DNA of 64,000 nucleotides from Podarcis bocagei. Taxonomy: Eukaryota. A program made the position numbers and the translations under genes. This document shows, piece by piece, positions 1 to 11,074 of this stretch (position 1 is its first letter; every line of letters starts with the position of its first letter). The stretch lies in NCBI GenBank assembly GCA_964188305.1, contig OZ076894.1. The stretch is one strand, 5' to 3'. The notes under the pieces are model-generated. The model did no database searches. It saw nothing but the letters and a program-made list of their open reading frames with translations, and was not told where the DNA came from.

Positions 1-1099
1 TGAAACAACGGTAAAACTTATTATGAAGTATGATCCAACCACTGTTAAGCATCTTTGCATTTCCAAGAAGAGAGATTTCAAGTGCGCACTTACTGCTTAA
101 CTTGGTTAGATCATTTCTCTTGCGTGTTTTGTCATCCACAGTCTATGTGTGTTGAATCAACAGACACTGAGGTCAGTGGTAACTATGAAAGCTTGTATTG
201 TACGTAAACAGAAGTTGGGCAGGACTTCAAAATGACTGATGGATTGCAACTGGCAAGCTAGTTACAGCACCTTGATAGATGTTCCTGCTTGCCTGGCAAC
301 AACACACATACTTTTTTTTTAACACCAAAGATGTTTGTATTTTCCCAGACTTTTAAATATATGAATGAATGTTTCGTATGCTATTTATATGTTGTATTTT
401 TATTTTATCTTGTTTTTTGTAAACTACCCTTGAAGGTATACTTTAAGGCACTATAGATAATAATAAAAAATCCACACCACTTTGAAAACCTTTGGAAGTA
501 TCCTAGGTACCTTACCCTATAATTCAACTGGGGGGGAAAACAAAAGAAAATCAACATTCATCCTTTTTGCTATTCAGGGCTGTGTCTTTCTTGACCCAAT
601 AGATCTGGATGCAGACAGAGCCAAGCAGATGATAAACATCTCTGCCATCCGTAGCTTTTCAATTTGCATATCCGTTTTCCTCATGAACCATCAGTTATTC
701 CAAAGAGAGGGAGGGAGGCGGAAGTAAAAGGCCATTGAATATTTTTTACAGCCTTGTAAAGCAAGCCATTTTTCATTTTAATTATATGAGGAACTCATTA
801 ACGCTGTCTACGGCTCAGATGATTTAGTGGGTATGAACTGGATGTGTTTCCGCATGGTCTGAAATCTAAATGTTAACTGGAGAAACGCATGTATTTATTT
901 CTAGACAATTGCTATTTGACAACTCCTGGCCTGCAAAAATCAATATGTCTGGTATTAAAAACAACGCTTACTGGGGTGTTTTCAAGCACAAGCATTAAAA
1001 GTTGTTATATAAAACTGATGCAGCCCCCCCCCAAACAGTTCAAGCAACAGACTGGGAGAGATTGGCGAGTTTAGGAGCTGTTTCGGCATAATGTAAGTT

Positions 1100-2080
1100 G
1101 AACAGGAGTTGCAGTATGGTTGTTGCACGTCAAGGCCCTGCACCCCCTCCTCTGATGAATAAAACACGTGGATGCAAGTATTTTAGGTTAATGGGCTAAT
1201 AAAGGCCACAGCTTTATTGGTTACAGAATGTGAGTGGTATTGGCTTTAGGCACTGGACCCGAACCGACTATATCGGAATCCGGCCTGTCATGCAGGAAGT
1301 CTAACAAGGGTTAACCACCTGTAGGGGGAGCCCTGTTGATGTACATCAACTCGGAGCTCCCCCCCCCAGGGTCACCTGATAGGTCGTCCCATGGTCCTAG
1401 ACTCCACCCGGGCTTCCAAAAGGAACCACAACCCCCGGATCCCTTTAACACAGCGGTTCACAACCTATGAGTCCCCAGATGTTGTTGGACCACAACTCAC
1501 ATCATCCCTGAGCTCTGGCCTTGCTAGCTAGGGGTGATTGGAGTAGTAGTTCAACAACATCTGGGGACCCTCAGGTTGAGAAAGGCTGCTTTAACGGAAT
1601 ACCCTTAAAGAGGAGGGGTAGGTGATGGCCACAACCTCCCCTCCCATAAACCAAGATTTTCCAGTGCCTAACTGCCAAACCTTACAAAGTTGTGACGATT
1701 TGCTACGAGGTAGGCGAAAATCAAGTGGCTGGTGTCAATCTGCCAAGTGGGAAAATTCCTACCAGGCCCCTTCAACGGGCAACCAGCCAAAGTCCATAGC
1801 AAGGCCAAGGTGACGAACGCAAGAAGGGTAGGAGGGTGGGAGATCCATGGAAGCCGGGAGCAGACAGAAGAGCTCCCGGCAAACCACGCCCCCCAGCCAG
1901 CCGGATTGGCTGGTGGTTGTGAAGCAGACTGGGAGTCCCCTGTGACGTGGGGGACACGCTGAGGGTGGGAAAGTGTGAGGCCTGCATGCAAACCCTGCTC
2001 CTTTCTGAAGAGGAGCAGCTCTGTCATTCAATTTGTAAAAAAATGACACTACCTCTGCTTGGCAGGTTGGAGTCAACCTG
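1100..2080 (-). mobile_element. Possible LTR-like repeat (solo LTR or non-autonomous), interrupted by a hAT MITE
   Basis: GC-richer ~1-kb block with minus-strand AATAAA (~1213) and CCAAT (~1903); no convincing TSD found and boundaries are approximate. Confidence 0.3.
1451..1588. mobile_element. hAT-type palindromic MITE
   Basis: CAG...CTG imperfect TIRs; 8-bp TSD ctttaaca/ctttaacg; internal inverted repeat; same family in opposite orientation at 25892-26027. Confidence 0.75.
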
Positions 2081-2209
2081 CACTCTGGTGGATCATTGGT
2101 AGAGTTTGTTAACTGGCTTTAAAGCAGCTATGATTGTGTATACAAATAGGATGAGAAAACAGATTATTCCACATAGAAAGAATATTAACTGAAGAAAACA
2201 AGGCTCATT

Positions 2210-2362
2210 TTAATGTTTCAATGTTGTATTTTAATCTTGTTTTTAAGTTGTATTCATTCAACTTGTTTTTATTATTGCTTGTTAGCCGCCCTGAGCCCGG
2301 CCTTGGCTGGGGAGGGCGGGGTATAAATAAAATTAATTATTATTATTTATTATTATTGTTAT
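2210..2362 (+). mobile_element. L2-type LINE/SINE 3' tail
   Basis: gccgccctgag...gggcggggtataaataaa followed by a (TTA)-rich tail; similar copy at 10090-10220. Confidence 0.6.
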
Positions 2363-3010
2363 TTCTTGGAAATAATTGTGGCTTTTATGCCCTGCCGTTT
2401 TCAACACCCTGCAGGAGGATTCCATCCAGTGTGGCTATGCACTTTCTGCCTACCAATGTGTATTTTTATATAGGTACATGCATTCTTTTGACAGGGAAAA
2501 AACGAGCCAACCAAGGAATGCCTGAAGCACGAAGAACAGCCCTATGCAGATGATTAACATCTGGGTACAACACATAGGAGTGAGAGCATAACTTGCTTAC
2601 CAGGAAGCAAGACCTGTTTTGCTCAGGTGTTTTTACTTCTGGGTAACGTTTAGTATTGGGAACTGCAAAAATACTTTTTATGACCAGAGAAAAACCTAAC
2701 CTGAAAAATAAACAATAAACGAATATACACCGAGACGGAAAAGCTAACTGAAATTAAATAGGAAGCTCATCAGATGAAGAATTTTTCCATTGTAATCTAA
2801 CTCTAGCCCACACAGCGTAACCTAGATTTCGACTGACTATTCCCACCCCAATAAGTGCAGTATTCAGAATATGATTAAAAGAATAACTGAGTAAGAGAAA
2901 GTAAACATGACATTTTGGTGCCTGGCATCTACCAGGTAGAAGTGAAGTTTTAATATTAAAGTGAATTCCCCTGAGCAGATGAAAAAAATTATTGCATTCC
3001 GCATACATTT

Positions 3011-4377
3011 CAGTGGTTGCTGAACAACTCCAGGCACGCCTGGAAGAAGCGGACCATTTGGATCCCTTCCAGTCGGGATTCAGGCCTCATCATGGGACTG
3101 AAACTGCCTTGGTCGCACTGGTTGATGATCTCCGGCGGGCTAGGGACAAAGGTGAGAGCTGTTTCCTAGTTCTGCTGGATCTCTCAGCGGCGTTTGATAC
3201 CATCGACCATAGCATCCTTCTGGACCGTCTTGAGGGGCTGGGAGCTGGGGGCACTGTTATACAGTGGTTCCGCTCCTTCCTCCTGGGCCGTGTTCAGAAA
3301 GTGGTGGTGGGGGATGAGTGTTCAGACCCTTGGGCCCTCACTTGTGGGGTGCCTCAGGGTTCTGTCCTCTCCCCCATGCTTTTTAACATCTATATGAAGC
3401 CGCTGGGAGAGATCATCAGGAGGTTTGGGCTGGGTGTTCATCAGTATGCGGATGACACCCAGCTCTACCTCTCTTTTAAATCAGAACCAGTGAAGGCGGT
3501 GAAGGTCCTGTGTGAGTGTCTGGAGGCGGTTGGAGGATGGATGGCGGCTAACAGATTGAGGGTGAATCCTGACAAGACAGAAGTACTGTTTCTGGGGGAC
3601 AGGAGGCGGGCAGGTGTGGAGGATTCCCTGGTCCTGAATGGGGTAACTGTGCCCCTGAAGGACCAGGTGCGCAGCCTGGGAGTCATTTTGGACTCACAGC
3701 TGTCCATGGAGGCACAGGTCAAATCTGTGTCCAGGGCAGCTGTTTACCAGCTCCATCTGGTACGTAGGCTGAGACCCTATCTGCCTGCGGACTGTCTCGC
3801 CAGAGTGGTGCATGCTCTGGTTATCTCCCGCTTGGACTACTGCAATGCGCTCTACGTGGGGCTACCTTTGAAGGTGACGCGGAAACTACAACTAATCCAG
3901 AATGCGGCAGCTAGACTGGTGACTGGGAGCGGCCGCCGAGACCATATAACACCGGTCTTGAAAGACCTGCATTGGCTCCCAGTACGTTTCCGAGCACAAT
4001 TCAAAGTGTTGGTGCTGACCTTTAAAGCCCTAAACGGCCTCGGTCCAGTATACCTGAAGGAGCGTCTCCACCCCCATCAGTCTGCCCGGACGCTGAGGTC
4101 CAGCGCCGAGGGCCTTCTGGCGGTTCCCTCACTGCGAGAAGCAAAGCTACAGGGAACCAGGCAGAGGGCCTTCTCGGTAGTGGCGCCCGCCCTGTGGAAC
4201 GCCCTTCCAGCAGATGTCAAAGCGATAAACAACTATCTGACATTCAGGAGACATCTTAAGGCAGCCCTGTTCAGGGAAGTTTTTAACGTGTGACATTTTA
4301 CTGTATTTTTGGTTTTTATGGAAGCCGCCCAGAGTGGCTGGGGAGGCCCAGCCAGATGGGCGGGGTATAAATAATAA

Positions 4378-4427
<50 letters not shown>
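3011..4427 (+). mobile_element. 5'-truncated young L2 (CR1/L2 clade) LINE with uninterrupted reverse transcriptase C-terminal ORF
   Basis: ORF to 4293 with QSGFR, LLDLSAAFDTIDH, GVPQGSVLSP, YADD, RLDYCN and LHWLPV motifs; 3' UTR stem-loop and (TTA)n tail. Confidence 0.92.
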
Positions 4428-5698
4428 CTATCACTGCTACTGTTTGCATTAAGAACCGACGGTGTGCTGTGCATCACTGGTTTTTATGGATCAAAATTAA
4501 GTGCTTGCAGCATCTCACACAGTTGTAGAAAGAATAAAGATACCTTTAGTGCACTCTGGTTACGACACATAATTTCGTTTTGGACAGCACGCTATTGATT
4601 TCCATTCTTACGCAATGCAATGAACCTCTATTTGAAGGCTGCCAAATTTATCAACAACTGATCTGCAACACAACAGAATCATCACTGCCTTGGAGAGTGG
4701 CAGCCTGGGTCATCATCCTGTACACAGTTTGTCTGATAAAACCCATTTGTTGCCGTTTAAGACACAGGTGGATAACCTGTGGTTTGTACATAGTCCTTAG
4801 CCATTCTAGGTGTGGCCTACCCAGCCCTGAGATGTCCTACTCACCTTTGCCCACTGCCCAGTGGAGCAGCACAGAGACAGCCATTTTGAATGCAACAACA
4901 ACAACTTTACTATTTGTACCCTGCCTGTCTCACTGGGTTGCCCCAGGCACTCTGGGTGGCTTCCAATAGAATATAAAAACACTTTCCCTCTGTGTTCCAG
5001 ATCACAAGCAATTATTTCTCAGGAGCAGCTATGTAACTGACTATTTCAAAGTATTAAAAGTATCAACAAGATTTTTAAAAATGTGTTGGTTCTTGCAATT
5101 TTATTTCAAATGCATCCAATATTGGGTACTTGCAACGAATTTTCCACTATTCCTGAAATCACTTTGGTCCACCCATGAAATCCTGAAATGGTGCTTGTCA
5201 ATTCCAAATGTCACAGTGCAAGGCAGTCAAGGAAGACAGTTTAATAACATACCACGAAACATAAAATCTACCCTTTTGGATGAGCAGATCATCAACATTT
5301 ATATTTTCCAGAACATCACAACAGGGAAGTGGTGAGGGAAGCAACTGCTGAAATGTTTAGGTGTGTTCCTATTTTCCTGAAAAACTATCTTCATTTTTGT
5401 TACTGCAGTCATCTTATTCTGTTGAATATTAATAGTCATTAAAAAATATACATTCTGGCAACATCAAATTCTGTCCCTTCTCAGTGGGGCATTAATTTAT
5501 GCAGCCAGTTGATTTTGGACATGTCCCAGATGGGAATTCTACTGTCAGTTGCACATGCCTACAGCAAAAATTGTTGTTATGTTCTGATCTCCAATGAACT
5601 CCAGTGAAAACGTTGCTGAATGTTTTGTTTATTGCTTACTACCCTAAAGGGAGGACCAACAGTCTAGGGCAGAGCTATCCATTAGATGTAGCTCTGAT

Positions 5699-5700
<2 letters not shown>

Positions 5701-5748
<48 letters not shown>
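5701..5748. repeat. (GT)n microsatellite
   Basis: Perfect GT dinucleotide run. Confidence 0.95.
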
Positions 5749-5751
<3 letters not shown>

Positions 5752-5936
5752 ATTGATATTCTGTCAGGAAAACATTCTCAAGTGGCATTTAAAAACCCAG
5801 TATTGTGTGTGTGTACGTACATGCATGGTACAAAATGGCCATTGCTATCTTGATCCACAAGCTCAGAAAAACTGGCAGAGCTAAAGGTTATGAGAGGAAA
5901 AATGGAGTGCCTAACCTCAAGTTTCCCTTGTAACTA

Positions 5937-6416
5937 CAGTGGTACCTCAGGTTAAGTACTTACAGTGGTGCCCCGCAAGACGAATGCCTCGCAAGACGAA
6001 AAACTCGCTAGACAAAAGGGTTTTCCGTTTTTGCGTTGCTTCGCAAGACGAATTTCCCTATGGGCTTGCTTCGCAAGACGAAAACGTCTTGCGTTTTTTT
6101 TTAAAGCCGCTTGAAGAGGCGCAGTTGCGACGGACCGTGCTTCGCAAGACGAAAAGCATTGCAAGACGAAAAGACTCGTGGAACAAATTCTTTTCGTCTT
6201 GCGAGGCACCACTGTAATTCATTCCGGAGGTCCGTTCTTAACCTGAAACTGTTCTTAACCTGAAGCACCACTTTAGCTAATGGGGCCTCCTGCTGCCGCC
6301 ACACTGCTGGAGCACGATTTCTGTTCTCATCCTGAAGCAAAGTACTTAACCCGAGGTACTATTTCTGGGTTAGCAGAGTCTGTAACCTGAAGCGTATGTA
6401 ACCCGAGGTACCACTG
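5937..6416. mobile_element. Tigger/pogo-like MITE containing a nested second MITE (5963-6214)
   Basis: Outer TIR CAGTGGTACCTC...GAGGTACCACTG with TA TSD; inner CAGTGGTGCCCCGCAAGACGA...TCGTCTTGCGAGGCACCACTG with its own TA TSD. Confidence 0.88.
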
Positions 6417-6891
6417 TATAATGCAAAGCCAGATGTAACCTTCTCTGCTTACTGATGAGTAGGAAACAATAAACAGTGTTAGTAAGGAACTAGTGAGGAG
6501 TACCCAGTGCTGCCTGGGAATTTGTAGAAACCCAAAAATACTGTGATCTTTAAGTGGATAGCGCAATTTGCGAGTCTGGACCTGTCACCCCCCCAAACTG
6601 GGCAAAGCCATGCCAAAGTAATATTTTGGTCCACCATGTTGATTCAAAATTACACCTGCCACACAAACTTTGACAGAGACCTCCATCCCACCTTGGGAAG
6701 CATCATGCTGAGTTTGACAACAATATCTTGAGATGCAGCACAGAACTTATGCCAGAAAACAAAGTAATACCAAAGTGATGTTTGGGTGCACCATCTGGAT
6801 TCAAAAAAGCAACCGACATCCAAACAGTGGCAGAGTCTGCCACCCTTGCCTTGGGAGCTCTCGTGTCAACTGCTATAATGCCAGAACCTTT

Positions 6892-6944
6892 TGTCCAATG
6901 TGGGGCTCAAACGCACAACCCTAGATTAAGAGTCTCATGCTCTA
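6892..6944 (-). pseudogene. tRNA-Lys(CTT)-derived fragment (pseudogene or SINE head)
   Basis: Reverse complement tagagcatgagactcttaatctagggttgtgcgtttgagccccacattgg resembles the 3' two-thirds of tRNA-Lys-CTT; 5' acceptor stem missing and T-arm mutated. Confidence 0.65.
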
Positions 6945-8526
6945 GAGGCAGCCAAACCTATAGAGAACGGACAGACAGGTGTATGGACAAAATCCTTTCT
7001 AACATACATGACTAAGTACAACAGGTTTTCTCTCCTTTCGCTTCCTTCTTGATCTGGTTTCTAAGCTTAAGGTGTGCTTAAAGATATAGCCAGATCCTTA
7101 CAGCAGGTGTGTTGCTTAATTGCTTCCTCCTCTGCTGATTCTCCATCACAAAGTTCCCTCTATAGTTTTCAAGGTTTTTATTCCTCTCCATGCTGCAAAA
7201 CCCAAAGCGATGGTCTGTGGCAGAATCAGCAGAATTGGCAGGGGTTAAACACTCCTTTCTCCTGCCAACCAGACCACCTGTGTGTTTCCTACTTCATGTT
7301 AACTTTCTTCTTTTCTTTTAGTAGATTTGGGGACACATGGTTGGTAAGATAACATTTCCACCTGTCACACAAAGATTTAAACTAATTTAGGGCTATTGAC
7401 TTCAATACAATGACGTACTTCAGTCTGTGGATTGCAGATTAGGTTGTAAGAGAGAGATATCTCTTCTTGCAGTCTAAAGGTTGCTGCTTTAAAAAAATTA
7501 ATATTCATGAGTATTCTGTGCTCTTGTTAAGACCACACACCTATTTTATATGCTTCACCCATGCTTGGGAGTAAGGTATTCTGCATGAGTTTCCCATGAG
7601 AACTTGGTGTTAAAATGGGATCCACTATGAACATTACTACAGGTGTGAATAAAGATTGGTACATTATTTATTAAATTCAAACCAGGTGAATTATAAACAA
7701 AATCCATTTTCCTAGAACACCCAGTGACTACAGCTGTTACTTATGAATCACTATTTGCAAGTTATCAGATTGTACCTGTCAGCACTTGTCAAATACCTTT
7801 CCTGACAGCAGAAACCAAGACTGTGTCATAAGAAAAAAATTCATTACAAGGCGAGGTGCCAATCCTCTGGATTCATTGTGGGGGTGGTAGTTTAAATAAA
7901 GGCTAGTTCTGTTTTTGGTTGGTCCAAACATTGAGAAAATGGTGGTGAAGGGAGAGAAGACTGGGGCATTTTTTGGGCGGGAAATTTCTACTGGACCTTA
8001 GACAGGCTTTGCATGTGCTGTGCTGCCATGCCTTTGCTGCTGTGGGTATGGAACCACTGTAAATCAGTTTTAATGTATCGTAAATATTGGGTTTTAATGT
8101 AATTGTGTTTTGATATTCTTGTTGCACACTGCCCTGGCGTATATTTCTTAAATGGAGGGCAGTATATAAATGAGTTAAATAAATAATAGCAATTAATGTT
8201 AAGCACATAAAAATAACATGGTTCTGCTTCCCAGGAATCTCAGCTTTCACTTTTTAAAGGACAAGTTAACTCAGGGTTCCTACATGCCATAGCTATTGTT
8301 TTCCCTACATTACCCCAACATACGAGATCTGAATCAGGAATTCAGAATAGGTTTGATCCAGCTACATATTCTGACCAATGCATTTTTGTTCTGTGAAGCT
8401 TGTGTCATTTCAATGTGTGTGTGTATATATTTTCTCCCACATAATTCTGAATTTAGAAAATTATAATGGTGGTTTCTTACAGATTAAAAATAGCCTTTTC
8501 GCTAATAATAGTACAGATCAAACTTA

Positions 8527-8807
8527 CAGTGGTACCTCGCAAGACGAAAAACGCGCAAGACGAAAAACGCGCAAGACGAAAGAGTTTTCTGTTTTTTGAG
8601 TCGTTCCGCAAGACGAATTTCCCTATGGGCTTGCTTCGCAAGACAAAACGTCTTGCGAGTTCTTGCGAGTTTGTTTCCTTTTTCTTAAAGCTGCTAATAG
8701 CCGCTAAGCCGTTAATAGCCGCTAATAGCTGTGCTTCGCAAGACGAAAAAACTGCAAGACGAAGAGACTCGTGGAACGGATTAATTTCGTCTTGCGAGGC
8801 ACCACTG
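8527..8807. mobile_element. Tigger/pogo-like MITE (GCAAGACGAA-repeat family)
   Basis: TIRs plus TA TSD; same family as the nested element at 5963-6214. Confidence 0.85.
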
Positions 8808-9919
8808 TAGTTGTAAGATGAGCTATATGAAAGAACGCCGACCAAAAATTGCATCTTTCCTTAGGTCTTTTTAAAGTTCATTTGGATGACAGAATTGCAG
8901 TATGTTATTGAAGTGTATGTCCTTCCTTAAATGAACAATTTTTTAAAACAAAAAAAAGCCCTGCAGTGAAGACTTCAGCGAATGTTTGCAACTAGCAAGA
9001 GACAAGGCGGCAGCATTAGTTTCCCTATCTCCCATGAGACTGGGTGAAAATCCTAACAATGGAGTGGTACCCATGTGCTGAGTCAGGCAGTTAGCTCCTG
9101 CTTTGTATCACATACAGACCAACAGCATCTCTTTCATCCCCTGTGGAATGATGCAAAGGGCTAAACCAACCAGTGCAGCTTCACTGTCACATCTGAGTGC
9201 CTATGGAAAAGACTACCAATGAGGGAATGTACACAAATACCTGAGGGTAGCACATGAAAATGAGCACTCACCCCTTCCTTTGTGGGCACCCTTTGCAGGA
9301 CCGCACACAGCACCTCTGGCCACGTGGGGCCCACCAGCTGGTTGGGCTGGCCCGCCTCCCTGTGCTAGTCATTGGCGGTTCCCACCAAACCCCAGTTAAC
9401 CTATCAGCCCCTTTGGGAGGTGTGGCCAGTTGCATAAATAGGAGGCGGAGCAATAGGAGGCGGAGCCGGCAGCAAATCAGGGTAACACATGAAAATGCTG
9501 ATGGAGATTGTTTGAAGGAAAATGAATAGGGATCTCTTGTAGCAAGTCCCCCCCCCCATGAAGGACTAAATGGGTTTTCTTGCGCCCCAACAAAACAAAA
9601 CAAGGCTGCAGTCGCATGCTTTCCTGGGAGGAAACCCAAATGAACTCAGTGACACATACTTCTGAGTAGACCTGCACAGGAACATGGAAATCTAAAAGTT
9701 TGGAATAGACTTGGAGAAGCATTGTGGCCAGGCTTGAGTCTTCTCAAAATGCAGGCAACTCCAGAAAATACATAAATGATAAATGCTGTACCTAAAAACA
9801 AAAAAGGCTAGGTACACATGAGCAGCTTGAATTGCAGTGAGGTAATTTCCCACCACCAAAAAATCTCCCACCTGCCTTCACTGAAGTTGCAGTGGGTAAT
9901 TGAATTAAATTGCCAGTCC

Positions 9920-10400
9920 ACTGTGCAGTGGTGAAAAACTCAACAGATATCGAGGTGGAAAAAGCTGCAGCAAAGGGCAGTCAAAGTGATCAGGGTGTTG
10001 TAACACTTTCCCCAGGAGAAAAAGGCTAAAACGCATTTGACTTTTTTAGTTGGGTATGAGGACATGAGTAAGTTAAGGACATGAACAAGGTTTGCATTTT
10101 AACCTGTATTTTAAATTGCCCCCCCATTATGTTTTTACTGTAATTTTACTGGTGTTAGCCGCCCTGAGCCCACCTTTGGCCAGGGCAGGCGGGGTATAAA
10201 TAAAATTTATTATTATTATAAAATTATGCACCTTGCACAGAAACAAAGAACTTGTTTCACATAATAACAACCACTCCGGACACCCAGTGAAGTTAGTGGC
10301 CTGTAGATTTAAGACAGAAAACACTTCTTCACACAACACATAACTAATTTACAAAATTTATAGATGACTTCTGAAGAGAATTAGGACAAATTAATGGAGA
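9920..10400 (+). mobile_element. Degraded CR1 LINE 3' fragment interrupted by an L2 tail
   Basis: CR1-like motifs (cagcaaagggcagtcaaagtgatcaggg; ggacacccagtgaagtta...gatttaagacagaaaacacttcttcacacaac). Confidence 0.55.
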
Positions 10401-10644
10401 TAGCCAAAACCAGCACACATTTTCTGAGGCAATATGCTATTCAATGCCAGTTTCTGGGGCCAATCGTGGATATTCTGTGTTCTCCTGCCTTGCACTAGCT
10501 GTCTGCCAGTTTGAACTTATATTTCTGATGAGGCTAAAATGGAATTACCCCCTCCCCCCAATGTATGCCACACTGAAGGGCAGGATACAAATGGGGGCAA
10601 ATAAAGAGCTCTAGGCAGGAACCGGGCTTTATAGTTTTGCATAG

Positions 10645-11074
10645 TGTCAGGGAACTGACATCGGAGCCAGAGGCAGAGGGAAGGCTCTCAAGTGATGCTG
10701 GAGAGGGACCCAGCAGGGAGAGAGGCAGCTCAGCTGGGGAAGGAAATCAGCGCAACACCAGGGATAAAGGGGGGCAGATGGGGGAACCGGCGAGAGGGCT
10801 CCAGGACTCTTCGCTGGACACCAGCGGGAAGAGCACGGGTTCTCCGCTACCCACGCCCTCCCTGCGTAGAAGACTTCCGCGCAGGGAGAGTAGGAGGAGA
10901 CTTGGCGTCAAACAACTTTTATGCTGGAAAAGGTTTAAGAAACGCCCACTGACGGATTCTGCTAGCGACTGAGGCAGCCACGAAGTGAAGGGCTGTCCAG
11001 ACATGAAAGGTTTAACAAGCCGACTTAACCAGGAGTGGCGGTAACTTACGCACGAGCAACCCATATTCACTACA
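10645..11074 (+). mobile_element. Solo LTR (Gypsy-like)
   Basis: TGT...ACA termini with a perfect 5-bp TSD CATAG (10640-10644 and 11075-11079); 430 bp. Confidence 0.75.

Noticed and set aside
2992-4293. Host or viral reverse transcriptase gene
   Set aside because: 5'-truncated L2 ORF2 with its typical 3' tail; the listed start is a TTG in flanking DNA
6452-6470. CTGATGA...GAAA hammerhead-like core
   Set aside because: No pairable stem II and no flanking helices
6892-6944. Functional tRNA-Lys gene
   Set aside because: 5' end missing and T-loop mutated
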